From a virus, in IMG/VR virus record IMGVR_UViG_3300023212_000175, positions 1-43,152 of that record: DNA of 43,152 nucleotides; one strand, given 5' to 3'. Position numbers and translations under genes: made by a program. The notes below the pieces were generated by a model. It had not been told where the DNA came from. It was given only the letters and a program-made list of their open reading frames with translations, and made no database searches. Below, piece after piece: positions 6,923 through 15,128 of the stretch (the first letter of the stretch is position 1; each line of letters starts with the position of its first letter).

Positions 6923-7790
6923 TACACTAGATTCAGAAATTCAAGAGCACGGCGTTTTCGCTCTTTTCAAGGGAGACACAGGCTCTGGAAAAAGCGTTGG
7001 CGCCTTATCTTTCCCTAAAGCTTATGTTTTTGACCATGATTACAAGATGCCAAATATCGCTCAGAAACACTTTCCTGGGAAAGAGATTTTTTGGGACACA
7101 TTTTTTGACGTTTTCGGTGTTGGAGATAAATTAGCGGAACTCGTTCAGTATTATCCCCACATCAGTAAAGAGGACGCGCAAAAAAATGGCTTTTTTGCGG
7201 AAAACGAATGTCCTTATGAGACCATAATTGGGGACACAGTGACTGGTTTATCATATACCGCGCTCAAAACTGTGGACGATGTTAAGGGACAGAATATTCT
7301 TACAATGCTTAAGAATATTAAAGCGACGAGAAGCGGTGGCAAGATGATCGAACTTCGTGGCTATGATTATTACAACGGAGAAGATTCCTTCCTGAAATAC
7401 TACATCGATACATTAAAGTTCCTTTGGGCGCGTCCCGGAAATCCTAAACACGTTATCATTTGTTGTCATATTATAACTTCCGATCAGAAGGGTCCTCCTG
7501 GATCAAACGTTGTTACACAAACACGAAGAATAGTAACAGCGGGTAACAAAATTGCTGCTTACATCCCAGCACAGTTCGACGAGATGTGGCAATTCTCCAT
7601 CCAACCAGGGGATGCATTCAGTTCCGATTCAAAGGCAAAGCATATCGTCTCTTTTGAAGCCATCGGAGAAGATTCCGCGAAAACTGCTTTGAAGTTACCC
7701 TTCGCGCACCTTGACTTCACAGACCGACCACTATTCGGTCTTTTATCTAGTTATATTAATTTGGGGAAAGTGGAATCAACGGCTTTATAA
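6912..7790 (+). CDS. AAA_24/Sak4-like RecA-fold ATPase (putative recombination ATPase)
   Basis: Walker A FKGDTGSGKS near the N-terminus and Walker B-like HVIICCH. Start trimmed to ATG 6912. The ORF-track start is 6855. Confidence 0.7.
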   Translation: MPHSTLDSEIQEHGVFALFKGDTGSGKSVGALSFPKAYVFDHDYKMPNIAQKHFPGKEIFWDTFFDVFGVGDKLAELVQYYPHISKEDAQKNGFFAENECPYETIIGDTVTGLSYTALKTVDDVKGQNILTMLKNIKATRSGGKMIELRGYDYYNGEDSFLKYYIDTLKFLWARPGNPKHVIICCHIITSDQKGPPGSNVVTQTRRIVTAGNKIAAYIPAQFDEMWQFSIQPGDAFSSDSKAKHIVSFEAIGEDSAKTALKLPFAHLDFTDRPLFGLLSSYINLGKVESTAL

Positions 7791-7811
7791 CAAAAAGCGA
7801 AAGGAAAACAA

Positions 7812-8225
7812 ATGCCAAAAGTTAAGTTCAGCAAATCCGATCTGCTAGCAACTAACCAACTAGACGCGACGTGGTACAAATTGCAAGTCCGAGGCATATC
7901 AGAGTGGAAGCCCGGTAAGACTGACCCAACGTCAAACAACATAGAGGCTGACTTCGTTGTTGTTGACGGTCCAAAGGCCGGGACACCACTAAAGCACTGG
8001 TTCTCGGAGAAGGCAATAGGTACATCCTTCGATATGCTAGCAGAATTCACAGCAACATTCACGGACTCTGGTAAAGCAGAACAAGACAAAGAATATGACC
8101 TGAATTCGGTCATAGGAAAGGAAGTCGCAGCTTACATCGTTTTCGATCCAGAGCGGAAACAAAACACAATCAAAAATTTTCGCAACGTGAATTTCCGTCC
8201 GGCGGTGGGGGTTGCAAAATCATGA
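7812..8225 (+). CDS. Putative ssDNA-binding protein (DUF669-like, called by position)
   Basis: 137-aa ORF with an AAAGGAAA RBS. It lies directly downstream of the AAA_24 ATPase, the usual DUF669 position. No diagnostic motif was verified. Confidence 0.4.
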   Translation: MPKVKFSKSDLLATNQLDATWYKLQVRGISEWKPGKTDPTSNNIEADFVVVDGPKAGTPLKHWFSEKAIGTSFDMLAEFTATFTDSGKAEQDKEYDLNSVIGKEVAAYIVFDPERKQNTIKNFRNVNFRPAVGVAKS

Positions 8226-8401
8226 GATACACATTCAAGATAACAGGAACTCTCGAGGCTGTGAACGAAGACGCTGCAGAGAGTCTCCTCGAAAAAATGT
8301 TGAGCAATCCAGCGGTCGGCGCGGATACAAACATCGAGGTTGAAGAAGACATCAACAACGAAGACGAAGAGAGTGAAGAAGAAGAGGAAGAAGCGAAATA
8401 A
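8222..8401 (+). CDS. 59-aa protein with a strongly acidic C-terminal tail
   Basis: Hand translation: MRYTFKITGTLEAVNEDAAESLLEKMLSNPAVGADTNIEVEEDINNEDEESEEEEEEAK. ATGA overlap with the upstream stop. Confidence 0.5.
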   Translation: MRYTFKITGTLEAVNEDAAESLLEKMLSNPAVGADTNIEVEEDINNEDEESEEEEEEAK

Positions 8402-8407
8402 AACAAA

Positions 8408-8432
8408 GTGGCGCGCGAATAATAAAACATCG
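8408..8432 (+). repeat. Motif GtGGCGCGCGAATAAtAAAaCATCG, copy 1 (core GCGCGCGAATAA at 8411..8422)
   Basis: Occurs 7 nt after the stop of the 8222..8401 ORF. A near-identical copy lies at 8704..8726. Confidence 0.75.
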
Positions 8433-8520
8433 TAAGGGTACGCGATGAGGAATAACGGAATAAAAGGCTTTAACCCTGGGACAACCCCACCGTCGCGCCG
8501 CTAAGAAAAAGGAGAGTAAA

Positions 8521-8700
8521 ATGAAAGAGAAAGACTACCTACAGAACGAAAAGAATACGAACGCAGGACCGGTAATGTCCACCCGATTTAATCAGGTGGA
8601 TCAAGTAGAGGCCGATAACGAGAAGTTGAAAGAAATAATTAATCAACAAAAAGGAGAACTTCTCGATTTGTATCGAAGGATTCTCAGATCGGGGTACTGA
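8521..8700 (+). CDS. 59-aa hypothetical coiled-coil protein
   Basis: Hand translation: MKEKDYLQNEKNTNAGPVMSTRFNQVDQVEADNEKLKEIINQQKGELLDLYRRILRSGY. A strong RBS (AAAAAGGAGAG) lies 5 nt upstream. Confidence 0.5.
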   Translation: MKEKDYLQNEKNTNAGPVMSTRFNQVDQVEADNEKLKEIINQQKGELLDLYRRILRSGY

Positions 8701-8703
8701 AAG

Positions 8704-8726
8704 GTTGCGCGCGAATAAAATATCGG
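8704..8726 (+). repeat. Motif GTTGCGCGCGAATAAAATATCGG, copy 2 (core GCGCGCGAATAA at 8707..8718)
   Basis: Occurs 4 nt after the stop of the 8521..8700 ORF. Confidence 0.75.
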
Positions 8727-8793
8727 AGCCGCCATCAAAAGAATTCTAGATTTATGCTAGAGATGGAGTCAGAATCCACCGACGCGCAAATTT

Positions 8794-8961
8794 ATGTTAG
8801 AGATAATTTACGGACCCGTTGAAGGAATATACGACCTAGAGCGTTACCGTAGATTCGTTAAGGAATACAGGTATGAAATCGTCTCTTGGTACGATGATCA
8901 AGGCAATAGAACCGGACAATATGGGTTACTTGTTTATGTGACATCTGAAGGAGCGGATTAA
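8794..8961 (+). CDS. 55-aa hypothetical protein
   Basis: Hand translation: MLEIIYGPVEGIYDLERYRRFVKEYRYEIVSWYDDQGNRTGQYGLLVYVTSEGAD. The stop TAA (8959..8961) abuts the next ATG at 8962. Confidence 0.45.
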   Translation: MLEIIYGPVEGIYDLERYRRFVKEYRYEIVSWYDDQGNRTGQYGLLVYVTSEGAD

Positions 8962-9288
8962 ATGCTCTGGGGACAAATACTTGACGGCCTTGACGGCAGG
9001 ACTCTAAACTATATAATGAAGCAGGGCTTCTTGATAGTCCGTTCTAATAGAAGAGACGAAATAGGGTTTAGTTTCGAGGGCACGACCTTTGACGGAGTAA
9101 GAGTAGGGACGCGTTTTATCGTTGTCGGATACGCAACATGGAAGGAGTTCGTTCAACAATGTAACGCACTCGAACCAGGATCTAGCGTTAATTCTTTCGG
9201 ACCCCTTCAAGGAGAATACCTCTTGAAAATCATGCCGGAAGACGATTATGATAATATGATTTTTGACAATTTAAGGAGAACAGAATGA
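8962..9288 (+). CDS. Hypothetical protein
   Basis: 108-aa ORF. Its stop overlaps the next start (ATGA). Confidence 0.65.
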   Translation: MLWGQILDGLDGRTLNYIMKQGFLIVRSNRRDEIGFSFEGTTFDGVRVGTRFIVVGYATWKEFVQQCNALEPGSSVNSFGPLQGEYLLKIMPEDDYDNMIFDNLRRTE

Positions 9289-9581
9289 GTACAATGTGGG
9301 TCAATGGTTTGGTTGCACATCGCGATAAAATGCCCTATGTTCAAATTCTTAAGGACGAAAACATAGTCTGTCAGATGTCAGTTGCACAGGCATTCAATTT
9401 CGCGCGGGACATAATACAGTCAATAGCTCGTGTTGAGGCTGATGCGATGCTGCTCAAATTCTTCGATAGAAATAGATTCCCATCAGGCGCTGCTGGAGCA
9501 CTGCTGATGGAGTTTCGAGATTTTCGAGCAGAACTGGACAAGGAGAATCCAAGAGATGACACCAGATCTAAAGGTGACTGA
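9285..9581 (+). CDS. Hypothetical protein
   Basis: 98-aa ORF, translationally coupled to both neighbours. Confidence 0.65.
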   Translation: MSTMWVNGLVAHRDKMPYVQILKDENIVCQMSVAQAFNFARDIIQSIARVEADAMLLKFFDRNRFPSGAAGALLMEFRDFRAELDKENPRDDTRSKGD

Positions 9582-10638
9582 CGAATTAATTGATAAGGTT
9601 GTTGAGGTCATCGCTTCCGACGGCTATGAGAGCGAAAAGACAAAAGAACTCATAGAGCCTGTCAAAGATAACAAGCTCGAACTCCTCCAACTTATCATAA
9701 AAAAGCCCAACATCTCTTGGGTTGATCTCGTTACCATTGAGGCCGAAATTCATTCTTTACAGATTGAACTTCACGGAAAAAATTTGGGCGGCCGACCAAA
9801 AGATGGAATAAAAATTGGTTGGTCTGCGGTCGATACCGCGAGAGAATTGAAACGCGCGATAGGAACCTTTTCCGAAGACTTAAGACTTGCAGAGGCGCTA
9901 AAGCAGAATCCAGGGCTGTCCAAAATTAAGGATAAGACAACAGCTATTAAGCTCGTCCGAAGAATGGCCGCAAGAGAAATTAACGAGCTTGAGTCTTTAA
10001 TCCAAACTCCAAACATGGATCAAGTCCTTTTGGGAGATTCTCTTGATATACTTAAGTTATTCCCCGACAAGACGTTTGACGCTTGCATTACTGATCCACC
10101 GTGGACGGAGTTCAGAGACCCAGAACTCTGTGCAGACGAACACACTCTTCCAATTTTCCGTGAAATCTTTCGAGTACTCAAGTCAGACGCATTCCTTTAC
10201 GCTGTTTTATCTACTCCGGACTTTATCTCTTATTCTAAGATCCTTCCGACTTTCGGTTTTCGTGTTCAAGAATACCCCATTATATGGCAAAAAGTAGGAG
10301 GTATGACTCACGGCTCCTCTGGATGGCAGCACGCGCGCGACTATGAACCAATTCTTTTAGCCGTCAAAGGAGCCCCAGTTTTAACTTCAAGTACTGAAGT
10401 TTCCTCCATCTTTCCCTTTCAAATAGTCCATCATACAAGGATGATCCATCCAAACGAAAAACCGCTAGACCTCGCTAAGACGCTTGTTCGAACCTGCACT
10501 TTTGCCGGTGGAAAAATCCTAGACCCCTTTGCCGGTTCAGGTGTTTTCGTCCATGCGGCAAAAGAATTAGATCGTCGTTATGTCGCTATTGAGAGGAATC
10601 CAAAGTTTCATCAGAATATCGTTAAGAGACTAAAATGA
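9556..10638 (+). CDS. Beta-class N6-adenine/N4-cytosine DNA methyltransferase with an N-terminal DNA-binding (ParB/HTH-like) extension
   Basis: Motif IV CITDPPW precedes motif I ILDPFAGSGV, which is the beta-class order. HPNEKPLDL lies between them. The N-terminal 170 aa contain GGRPKDG...VDTARELKRAIGTFSEDLRLAEAL. No cognate restriction gene is present. Confidence 0.85.
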   Translation: MTPDLKVTDELIDKVVEVIASDGYESEKTKELIEPVKDNKLELLQLIIKKPNISWVDLVTIEAEIHSLQIELHGKNLGGRPKDGIKIGWSAVDTARELKRAIGTFSEDLRLAEALKQNPGLSKIKDKTTAIKLVRRMAAREINELESLIQTPNMDQVLLGDSLDILKLFPDKTFDACITDPPWTEFRDPELCADEHTLPIFREIFRVLKSDAFLYAVLSTPDFISYSKILPTFGFRVQEYPIIWQKVGGMTHGSSGWQHARDYEPILLAVKGAPVLTSSTEVSSIFPFQIVHHTRMIHPNEKPLDLAKTLVRTCTFAGGKILDPFAGSGVFVHAAKELDRRYVAIERNPKFHQNIVKRLK

Positions 10639-10832
10639 GCAAAAACATCAATGGAATTCCAGTCATCTTCGAAGAGGAACCTAATGAGTGTTCTACTTGT
10701 CATAAATTCGAAGAGTGCCGCCCATACGGGAAAAATGGAGCTTTGGTCTGTTTTGATTGTGCAATGAAAGATAAAGAAACGACCAAAGAGCAAATGAATA
10801 TGAGACTCTTTGGAGAACCACCAACACAATGA
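10635..10832 (+). CDS. Small zinc-ribbon protein (CSTC...CFDC)
   Basis: 65-aa ORF with ATGA overlap with the methyltransferase stop. Confidence 0.65.
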   Translation: MSKNINGIPVIFEEEPNECSTCHKFEECRPYGKNGALVCFDCAMKDKETTKEQMNMRLFGEPPTQ

Positions 10833-11068
10833 CTATTGAAGAACTTTGGCAAAAATATCGGTCTGAAGCCATTAAGGAAGAAGTGGACGAAGTTGACCTT
10901 GACGGAATGAAACGTCTATTTTTCGCGGGTGCCTTATCTCTAATGCAAGAGTTTGCGCGCGAGGAAACCGCTCTTTTTTCTAGCTTTTCAGAAGATTTTC
11001 AAAAATTCGATCAGGAGATGCAGGAAAAGTATGGAAGGACAATGGATAAAAGCCAAATTGGTGACTGA
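10829..11068 (+). CDS. Hypothetical acidic protein
   Basis: 79-aa ORF with ATGA overlap. Confidence 0.6.
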   Translation: MTIEELWQKYRSEAIKEEVDEVDLDGMKRLFFAGALSLMQEFAREETALFSSFSEDFQKFDQEMQEKYGRTMDKSQIGD

Positions 11069-11315
11069 CAATATTAAAAGCTATGAAGTGGATGCCCTAA
11101 TTGATCCACTTGAAGGAGTACCCTTAAAATTTGAAACCCCACTAGGTCCATTAAGTGGGAGATTTAACATATATACGATTGCCGCAATGATAACCCTATG
11201 GGACGAAGAATTTTCTCCAAACGGAACAGTAGACATGGAGAAATTCTTGGGAAGGGAATTAATGTTTTTTGTGGAGAACAGCAAAGTGAAGAAAATCAGG
11301 AGGGTGCCATGCTGA
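11031..11315 (+). CDS. Hypothetical protein (start trimmed to ATG 11031)
   Basis: The ORF-track start at 10953 would overlap the previous gene by 116 nt. The start is uncertain. Confidence 0.5.
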   Translation: MEGQWIKAKLVTDNIKSYEVDALIDPLEGVPLKFETPLGPLSGRFNIYTIAAMITLWDEEFSPNGTVDMEKFLGRELMFFVENSKVKKIRRVPC

Positions 11316-11755
11316 AAATAAGCGTAGAAACGATACCCCACAGTTGTCAACGATATGACACAGTCGGAGATTGGACCTTTGAACCAGACGGAACGTTGAA
11401 TGTCAACGTCTCAAAGATCTTGAAAAGAGACGAGGAAATGTCTCAACAGTTAAAAGCGATTGTTGGAGAACATTGTACTGGAGCATTTCAAGAACTTGAG
11501 GATTTCGAATTCCTCGTTGCTATTCATGAAATCATCGAGGCTTGGCTTTGCAAAAAAGACGGAATAACGGCCGAACAAGTCGATGAGTGGGACAAAGGTC
11601 TTTCAGACGAAAGCCTATACGAAGAACCAGGAGAAGATCCCAGAGCACCATACCACATTCAACATCTAATTGCCACATCAATAGAAGTAATGCTGTGTGC
11701 GCAATTGAAATTGAATTGGGCGGAATACGACCAGCATGTAAAAAATGTCACCTAA
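11309..11755 (+). CDS. Conserved phage protein of unknown function (IPHxxQRYDTVGDW N-terminus)
   Basis: ATG 11309 lies 5 nt after AGGAGG (11298..11303). The ORF-track start at 11198 overlaps the upstream gene. Confidence 0.65.
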   Translation: MLKISVETIPHSCQRYDTVGDWTFEPDGTLNVNVSKILKRDEEMSQQLKAIVGEHCTGAFQELEDFEFLVAIHEIIEAWLCKKDGITAEQVDEWDKGLSDESLYEEPGEDPRAPYHIQHLIATSIEVMLCAQLKLNWAEYDQHVKNVT

Positions 11756-14207
11756 GTACGTTGGTGGTTGTGGTCCATCCACAGCAAAACTCGCGTTAGT
11801 TGGTGAGGCGCCTGGAGAAAGGGAAGAAGCTATAGGAATTCCCTTCTCCGGTCCTTCAGGAAAGCTCGTAGACGAATGTCTAGAAAGTGTAGGTATTTCT
11901 CGTGATTCAGTGTATCTTACCAATGTATGCAAAGTACGTCCACCTAACAATGATCTTAGGTTACTTAATCTTGTGGGTCACAAGTTGGATGATTTTATAC
12001 CGCAGTTACGAGAAGAACTGCGAAGCCTCAATCCGAACTGCATCCTTGCTATTGGTGCTACTGCTTTGTGCGCTCTTACTGGGCTGGATGGCATTAAGCA
12101 TTATCGTGGCAGCATATTGCAAACTGATCTAGGGATTAAACTAGTTTCAACCCTTCATCCTGCGGGTCTCTTGCACGCAGAATCTGAGGAATCGAAAATG
12201 CTCTCGTGGAAGGACCTAACATACATCAAATGGGACTTCGCGCGCGCCGTAGAAGAATCGAGATATCCTGAATATGATACTCCACACCGTAACCTCATTG
12301 CTTGCCGTAGTTCCATTGACTTATATCAATTTCTGGATCGTCATAAGAGTAAAACGATTGTTTCGGTCGACATTGAGACCTTTAGAACTATACCTATTTG
12401 CATTGCTCTTGCTTTTAGTCGAGACGAAGCAATTAGTATTCCACTTGTCAACATCCACGGCAATGTTATTCCTCGCTCTGATTTGGTCAATCTTTGGTTT
12501 GAAGTTGCTCGAATTCTAGCCGACCCGAAAATTAGGAAGGTAGGTCAGAATTTCAAATTCGATGAAAAGCAATCAGATGAGTGTGTAAACGGCACTCTAT
12601 TCTATGGTCTTAAGACGTATTCGTTTTGGTTCGATACTCTTTTAGCTTTTAGAACCTTATACCCAGAACTTCCTGGGAAACTTGAATTCATAACAAGCGT
12701 TTTAACAAGAGAACCTTATTATAAAGAAGAGGGCAAGGGTTTTAATCCTAAGAAAGATAAGTTCGATAGACTTCTTTTGTACAACGCCAGAGATGCTGCT
12801 GTTACATTTGAAGTTTATGAGAAAGAATTGGAGGAACTGAAAGATAGAAATCTTGAGCAGTTCTTCTTCACCCGAGTCATGCCATTGCATCCCTTTTATT
12901 CTCGTATTGAGGGTTGGGGAATTAAGAGGGATGCTTTCAAACAAAGATTTCTTCTGGAAAAGTATAAGGACAAGCTCAAAGAAGCGCAAGAAGAACTAGA
13001 TTCTCTTTGCGCGTCGTACATTGGGGACCGACGAATAAATGCAAATAGCAACAAAGACGTACCTTGGTTGTTTTTTGTAGTTTTAAAACTACCAGCGAGA
13101 AAGAGGACGGATGAAAAAACGATTGATTCCTTACTCAGAAACGTTGTTAAAGATACGGACAAACGAAGAATTCTTAAATTGGTTCTCCTTATTAGAAAAA
13201 TTAAGAAGACCATCGGAACTTATGTTGAGTGTAATCCGTCACCTGACGGACGAATCAGAACTTCGTTTAGGATTGCGTTGGAAACTGGACGAACATCAAC
13301 AGGGATTCTCAAGTCTCCTGTTACCACAGAACCAATGGGATGTGCTCTTCAAACGCTTACCAAGCACGGCGATGTTGGGTCTGATATTCGGTCGATGTAC
13401 GTACCTGACGAGGGATACGTTTTCCTGGAGCCCGATTTATCAGGAGCAGAGGCTAGAGTTGTTGCTATCTTGGCAAATGATCTTAAGTTGCAGAAGATCT
13501 TTGAATACAATCTGGACATCCACAGAATCACTTATGGATGGATTCAGGATATAGCTCCTAATAACCTTTTGGATGAATTTTTTCAATGTACTAATGTCTC
13601 AAGAATTCTTGAACTTAAAACAGCCATAAGTAGATACCTCAAAGAATTAATAGATGACGAAACAAGACAACTTGGTAAGAAATTCAGACACGCGGCTCAT
13701 TATGACATGGGTAAACGAGTTGCCTCAGAACTTACAGGTTTAAGCGAATGGCGTTGTGGTAAGATCTTGGAGAAAGTTCACGTTACAAATTCGAATATCA
13801 AGGGAGTCTTTCACAAAGGAATCCAAGATTGTCTCAAGAATAATGATCGCACTTTAACAAGTCCTCACGGCCGTGTTCGTCAGTTCCTTAATAAATGGGG
13901 CGATGAACTTTTTAAGGAGGCTTATGCCCAGATACCGCAGGCAACGGTATCTGATCAGACTAAATTCGCGGCCCAGAGAATTGAAAAGCGATGTCCTTAT
14001 ATAAAGATTCTCTCGGAATCTCATGATAGCTTCTTATCGATGGTTCCTATTCCTAAAGTGGACGAAGTTATTAAGGTCATAATGGAAGAAATGCAACAGC
14101 CTATTGACTTTTCCAAGTGCTCTCTTGGAGGAAACAAAGTCCTTGTAATACCGTGTGAAGTCAAAATTGGAAAAAACAATTGGGAAATAATGGAGAAAAT
14201 CGCATGA
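11745..14207 (+). CDS. Family A DNA polymerase with an N-terminal family-4 uracil-DNA-glycosylase-like domain and a 3'-5' exonuclease domain
   Basis: UDG4 motifs GEAPGEREEAIGIPFSGPSGKL and STLHPAGLL. Exo motifs VSVDIET, GQNFKFD and YNARDAAV. Pol motif A DLSGAEARVVA, motif B RQLGKKFRHAAHYDMG and motif C ESHDSF. Confidence 0.9.
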   Translation: MSPKYVGGCGPSTAKLALVGEAPGEREEAIGIPFSGPSGKLVDECLESVGISRDSVYLTNVCKVRPPNNDLRLLNLVGHKLDDFIPQLREELRSLNPNCILAIGATALCALTGLDGIKHYRGSILQTDLGIKLVSTLHPAGLLHAESEESKMLSWKDLTYIKWDFARAVEESRYPEYDTPHRNLIACRSSIDLYQFLDRHKSKTIVSVDIETFRTIPICIALAFSRDEAISIPLVNIHGNVIPRSDLVNLWFEVARILADPKIRKVGQNFKFDEKQSDECVNGTLFYGLKTYSFWFDTLLAFRTLYPELPGKLEFITSVLTREPYYKEEGKGFNPKKDKFDRLLLYNARDAAVTFEVYEKELEELKDRNLEQFFFTRVMPLHPFYSRIEGWGIKRDAFKQRFLLEKYKDKLKEAQEELDSLCASYIGDRRINANSNKDVPWLFFVVLKLPARKRTDEKTIDSLLRNVVKDTDKRRILKLVLLIRKIKKTIGTYVECNPSPDGRIRTSFRIALETGRTSTGILKSPVTTEPMGCALQTLTKHGDVGSDIRSMYVPDEGYVFLEPDLSGAEARVVAILANDLKLQKIFEYNLDIHRITYGWIQDIAPNNLLDEFFQCTNVSRILELKTAISRYLKELIDDETRQLGKKFRHAAHYDMGKRVASELTGLSEWRCGKILEKVHVTNSNIKGVFHKGIQDCLKNNDRTLTSPHGRVRQFLNKWGDELFKEAYAQIPQATVSDQTKFAAQRIEKRCPYIKILSESHDSFLSMVPIPKVDEVIKVIMEEMQQPIDFSKCSLGGNKVLVIPCEVKIGKNNWEIMEKIA

Positions 14208-14587
14208 AAATTTACTTAGCTTCGAATTACTCAAGCCACCCAGAAATGAGGAAATACAGAGCTTTTCTTGAATCAAAAGGGTTCAAAGTTACTTCGCGCT
14301 GGATAAACGGAGAGCATGAAGTCCTCGAAGGCCAAGATCATGAAATAAACTCCAAATTTGCTCAAGACGATTGGGAGGATATAAATGATTCCAATTTAGT
14401 TCTTTGGTTTTCAACGAACAAGTCAAATCGTGGACGAGGTGGTCGGCATGTTGAATTTGGAATTGCTCTTGCCTTAAGCATCGAGATAAGAGTAATCGGT
14501 AAGAAAGAAAATATTTTTCATTGGTTGCCTCAGGTGAAGCATTTTAAGAGTTTAGAGGACTCAATAAAGGATATAAGACCACTATGA
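14204..14587 (+). CDS. Nucleoside 2-deoxyribosyltransferase-like (Rcl/NDT-fold) protein
   Basis: MKIYLASNYSS at the N-terminus and GGRHVEFGIALAL near the C-terminus resemble the NDT/Rcl signature. ATGA overlap with the polymerase stop. The ORF-track start is 14180. Confidence 0.45.
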   Translation: MKIYLASNYSSHPEMRKYRAFLESKGFKVTSRWINGEHEVLEGQDHEINSKFAQDDWEDINDSNLVLWFSTNKSNRGRGGRHVEFGIALALSIEIRVIGKKENIFHWLPQVKHFKSLEDSIKDIRPL

Positions 14588-14883
14588 AATCAGAAATAAT
14601 TTGGTCAGACAAAATAAAGATTCCTCATCAGCCAAGGATGCACGAATTTCTCCAAAAACAAGCTAATCGTTTGGTTGTTGGTCACATTCGTTATGGAATA
14701 CCAGAAGTAAGAAAAAAATACATGACACGTATTTCTATCGAATTGAAAGCTTATAAGAAATCTGGTAATCTTGAGCATCTTTATAATATCGCTAATTATT
14801 GTATCCTTGAATCCCTCAAACCGGAAAACACAAAATTTCATTTTGATGGAAGAGTAGATTCGGTAACGCGTGGAAAAATTTAA
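14584..14883 (+). CDS. Hypothetical protein (weak resemblance to small all-alpha MazG/DUF550-type NTP pyrophosphohydrolases)
   Basis: 99-aa ORF with ATGA overlap. The only hint is VVGHIRYG...ELKAYKKSGNLEHLYNIANYCILE. Confidence 0.55.
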   Translation: MKSEIIWSDKIKIPHQPRMHEFLQKQANRLVVGHIRYGIPEVRKKYMTRISIELKAYKKSGNLEHLYNIANYCILESLKPENTKFHFDGRVDSVTRGKI

Positions 14884-15128
14884 TGGGTGAGCACAAGTCA
14901 GAGTACTGCAGAAGAGGCCTTCATAAGATGGAAGGAGAAAATCTTTACGTTGCAAAAAATCATAGGCAGTGTCGTCTCTGTCGCAATGAAACAGCACGAA
15001 GAAATCAAAGGGACTATAGAGACAGAAAAAGAAGAGAAAAAACTGCACTTCAGGGTAACGGGAAGCCAGATGAACAATTAGACAGAGAGGCAGCCGAGTG
15101 GCTGATAAATCATGGCTGGACGTCTTAA
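14883..15128 (+). CDS. Small basic zinc-binding protein (C-x2-GLH ... C-x2-C, HNH-like remnant)
   Basis: 81-aa ORF with TAATG overlap. Sequence: YCRRGLHKMEGENLYVAKNHRQCRLCRNETARRNQRDYR. Preferred over the overlapping frame 14887..15081 because of the coupling and the Cys pattern. Confidence 0.5.
   Translation: MGEHKSEYCRRGLHKMEGENLYVAKNHRQCRLCRNETARRNQRDYRDRKRREKTALQGNGKPDEQLDREAAEWLINHGWTS

Noticed and set aside
12702-13554. ORFs 12702..12989 (-), 12896..13213 (-) and 13111..13554 (+) inside the polymerase gene
   Set aside because: The polymerase frame is continuous through the exo and pol motifs. These are shadow ORFs.
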